From Gemmatimonadota bacterium (lineage in GTDB: Bacteria > Gemmatimonadota > Gemmatimonadetes > Gemmatimonadales > GWC2-71-9), in the NCBI GenBank assembly GCA_039591655.1, contig JBDHDE010000018.1, positions 1 to 53,347 on the forward strand: DNA of 53,347 bases, written 5' to 3'. Below the pieces are notes generated by a model, which worked only from the letters and a program-made list of their open reading frames with translations, was not told the origin of the DNA and searched no databases. The first letter of the stretch is position 1. Each line of letters begins with the position of its first letter. Below, one piece after another: positions 52,691 through 53,347 of this stretch. A program made the translations under genes and the position numbers.

Positions 52691-53347
52691 ATGAGCACCC
52701 TTCGCATCGGCCTGGCCCAGCTGCCGGCGGGCCCCGACACCGAGGAGAACCTGGAGCGCGCGCTGGCCTCGATGGACGATGCCGCCGAGGTCGGCTGCCA
52801 GCTCGTGGCCTTCCCCGAGCTCGCCCTGACCCGGTTCTTCCCCCAACACGAGCACTACGCCGCCGCCCGCGACCTGGCCGAGCCCGTTCCCGGGCCGACT
52901 GCCGATCGCATCGCGGCCAAGGCCCGGGAGCACTCCCTGGTGACCGTGTTCAACATGTACGAGGCGGCGAACGGCGAGCACTTCGACAGCTCCCCCGTGT
53001 TCGACGCCGACGGCGCGCTCCTGGGCGTCACCCGCATGGTGCACATCACCGACTACACCTGCTTCCACGAGCGGGCGTACTACACGCCGGGGGACCGGGG
53101 GGCGCCGGTGTACCAAACGCGCGCCGGCCGTGTCGGCGTGGCCATCTGCTACGATCGGCACTACCCCGAGTACATGCGGGCCCTGGCCGTGGGCGGGGCG
53201 GAGCTAGTGGTGATCCCCCAGGCGGGGGCCTTAGACGAGTGGCCCGAGGGGATGTACGAGGCGGAGGTCCGCGCCGCGGCCTTCCAGAACGGCTACTTCG
53301 CCGCGCTGTGCAATCGGGTGGGCGAAGAAGAACGACTCACCTTTGCA
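52691..53347 (+). CDS. Carbon-nitrogen hydrolase (nitrilase superfamily), partial
   Basis: Not in the ORF track; GGAGG RBS, MSTLRIGLAQ, FPEL, ICYDRHYPE, CNRVG; runs off the window end. Confidence 0.85.
   Translation, partial: MSTLRIGLAQLPAGPDTEENLERALASMDDAAEVGCQLVAFPELALTRFFPQHEHYAAARDLAEPVPGPTADRIAAKAREHSLVTVFNMYEAANGEHFDSSPVFDADGALLGVTRMVHITDYTCFHERAYYTPGDRGAPVYQTRAGRVGVAICYDRHYPEYMRALAVGGAELVVIPQAGALDEWPEGMYEAEVRAAAFQNGYFAALCNRVGEEERLTFA

Noticed and set aside
1..53347. Mobile elements, prophage, tRNA/rRNA, known anti-phage systems
   Set aside because: No transposase, integrase, phage structural or recognisable defence genes, no tRNA cloverleaf, and no obvious composition shift seen by eye.

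Overview
A high-GC (~70% by eye), densely coding bacterial chromosomal segment of about 42 genes. I see no rRNA, tRNA, CRISPR array or mobile element. The gene content (alternative complex III, several Hanks-type kinases, Ig-domain lipoprotein metalloproteases) suggests Gemmatimonadota, but this is inference. Blocks from left to right: (1) a minus-strand cluster of exported metallopeptidases (M6, leishmanolysin-like, M28) with small lipoproteins; (2) a four-gene sphingolipid operon (serine palmitoyltransferase, ceramide synthase-like GNAT, ceramide reductase-like SDR, Aur1/IPC-synthase-like PAP2); (3) a PHM-like putative copper protein, a Cys-rich protein, a rhodanese-MBL hydrolase, a TonB-like protein and a tandemly duplicated unknown protein; (4) VIT-vWA + ECF sigma + zinc anti-sigma; (5) xdhC and actABCDEF; (6) a Zn-ribbon/kinase/HEAT protein; (7) a tightly coupled operon of ABC binding protein, GHMP kinase, heparinase II/III-like protein, TrmJ, class III aminotransferase and two amidohydrolases, head-to-head with its permeases and near a GH38; (8) an FHA-FHA-TM-trypsin protease divergent from a pseudokinase-kinase, followed by GT4, a methyltransferase and a nitrilase-family gene. 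The best candidates for undescribed systems are a dockerin-like protease tail paired with a cohesin-like lipoprotein, the pseudokinase-kinase/FHA-protease divergon, the sphingolipid operon with an Aur1-like head-group enzyme, and the orphan sugar-conjugate operon. All calls come from motif recognition by eye; no searches were run, and many start codons were moved from the ORF track using RBS, signal-peptide and overlap evidence.
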